From: Balanoglossus misakiensis
Taxonomy: Eukaryota; Animalia; Hemichordata
Length of the DNA stretch: 64,000 nt
Direction of reading: 5' to 3'
Assembly (NCBI GenBank): GCA_040954595.2
Contig: CM082592.2
Location: forward strand, 7,303,677 to 7,367,676
Shown here: positions 62,201 through 64,000 of the stretch, one piece after another
Numbering within the stretch: position 1 is the stretch's first letter
Layout: the number at the start of each line of letters is the position of its first letter
Translations under genes and position numbers: made by a program
The notes under the pieces: generated by a model
The model's database searches: none
Told to the model about the DNA's origin: nothing
The model's input: only the letters and a program-made list of their open reading frames with translations

Positions 62201-63934
62201 AGCTTGTGTATGAAAAATGATTAATCCCAGACATTCCAGTTATCAAGAAGGCAATAAAACTTTCCCACATGCAAAATATTGTCAAAAGTGACTTAATCAC
62301 CACAAACGTTCTCTCTTGTTTTGTCAGGATGGAGTTGGAACAAGTGTACGAGGGCATCGTCTTGCTCGACGTGCAGATAGCTGACCAGAGGAGAGTAGAG
62401 CTGCAACTCTGGAAGAACGCCTACCACCAGGTCATCGAGTCTTTCCGGAAGCAGTTGCAAGACGAAGAGAGTGACCACGTGGAATTAAAAGAACAGCTGC
62501 TGAAACTCCTAGATCAGGTAAACATGCTTTGAACACCTCTGGCAAGTAAATGAAACCGTTTTGAAACAGTATCATGTTTCGACTTAGAATACAGTCAAAT
62601 GACCGATGGTGGCCAACATTAATGTCATCGCAAAGCTTTCATTTGATTAATGTTGGTTTAATTCTTTTTGTAGGGAACAACATTTTATGAGAGTTTACTC
62701 AACAAACTTCAGGAAACCTATCACTTCAAACTCTCCGAGCTGACCGAGGTGCAACCAATTCAGAGTATGGCAACTAGGAGTGTAACAGTAAGTTTTTTTA
62801 GAAATGCTTTCTTAACAAGATCAGCACGTGTTTAGAGAGCAGTCCCAGTATTTGACACAGACTCTTGTCATGTTATTGTATTAATGCTCAAAGGTATGAG
62901 TGCGTGCATTTTTAGTTATGACAAACTTATTGAAATGTTTTTTCTTCCAAACAGCGTAAACTTGCCATAATCCATGCCCAGAAGTGCATGATATACCTGG
63001 GAGACCTGGCCAGGTACAAAGAACAGACGAACGAAACCAGCAACTATGGAAGAGCAAGAAGGTGAATATAGTCATAGAGACTTGGTGGCGCACTTTTTTC
63101 GCATTGCCACCCATTGAAAATTTATGATGTGTCATCATTTGACTGTCTATTGCTATTAGCCAGCATGAAGTATCTGTCAGTGTTGGATATTTTTGAGAAA
63201 TTTGGCAATTAGTTTGTTAACATGAAGTGTAAAATCTCATACTTTGTTTTTTCACAGTTGGTACCTGAAAGCCCAACAGATTGCTCCCAAGAACGGCAAA
63301 CCTTACAATCAGTTGGCCATTCTTGCTGTATACACGGTAAGTCATAGTCTGTAGTGCTGATAAGATGCATGGATTTTTCACTGAACAATATCAGTCTAGT
63401 TTAACCCGATCGAAATCTGCCTGTATACATACAACAATGTTTTGACTGTGTGTTTTTTGTTTTTTTGTTCACAGAGGAGGAAACTTGACGCTGTGTATTA
63501 TTACATGAGAAGTCTAGCATCCAGCAATCCCTTTGGTTCAGCCAGGGAGAGTTTGATGACACTGTTCGAGGAGGCAAGACGCAAAGTACGCACTGTATTG
63601 TTTTGTTATGTTTTCTGCCAGTAGGATATGAATTATGACATGGTTTACCCCCGACAAGATTGTAAAAAGTTGACAGTTTAGAATGTTTGATGGGAGACTG
63701 AGCCGTGTTTTCATTTGAACTTGACAGGCGGAACACTCGGAGAAAAAGCGGAAAGAGGAAGAACTTCAGCAGCGCCCGCACAACAAGAGAATGAACAAGA
63801 ACCTGCGGGATGACGACATGCCGCTGCGTGTGGATGTTTGGTACACCCACGACGGACGGATAGAATCAGAGGAATCCAATACTTGTGATGACGCCCAAGA
63901 TGCCTCTGGACTCGGTAAACTGTCTCCTGTGGAG
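59245..63934 (+). CDS. SMG6: SMG6 / EST1A nonsense-mediated decay endonuclease, 5' part (continues beyond the window)
   Basis: Exons 59245-59344 (MMASDVDVVRVTESQLREI), 59926-62170 (EJC-binding motifs KRPAMAFYQPGVSRL and KKPDRVLY), 62328-62517 (VELQLWKNAYHQVIE), 62674-62787, 62955-63061 (CMIYLGDLARYKEQ), 63258-63336 (WYLKAQQIAPKNGKPYNQLAILA), 63475-63585 (DAVYYYMRSLASSNPF) and 63728-63934. Confidence 0.95.
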
Positions 63935-64000
63935 GTAAGTAAAAAGTCTGGTGAATACTTGAGTAATTTTTTAAACAAGTGAAAGTGGTTACAGTGTTGA

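Overview
Gene-dense, intron-rich animal genomic DNA, with no prokaryotic features. It is probably a marine invertebrate and possibly a deuterostome, which is inference only. I could splice eight genes by hand with GT-AG introns and consistent phases: IFT20 (+), TMEM97/sigma-2 receptor (-), EFCAB5 (-), Slingshot phosphatase SSH (SSH2-like C-terminus, +), TMCO6/importin-alpha-like ARM protein (-), MND1 (+) and two tandem PLP-dependent Ser/Asp racemases (-). A ninth gene, SMG6 (+), is present only as its 5' part. About ten copies of a ~90-bp TTAA-flanked piggyBac-type MITE, two other inverted-repeat elements and microsatellites are interspersed. Four points stand out. (i) Both racemase paralogues carry the triple-serine loop typical of invertebrate aspartate racemases, and one has an in-frame presequence that looks mitochondrial. 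(ii) Three gene pairs match, in order and orientation, pairs that are all on human chr17. (iii) SSH has up to four in-frame alternative N-termini and a repeated PGxVK..(F/L/I)E motif in its tail. (iv) There are candidate microexons and an MND1/racemase 3' overlap. Gene identities come from recalled family sequences, not database searches.
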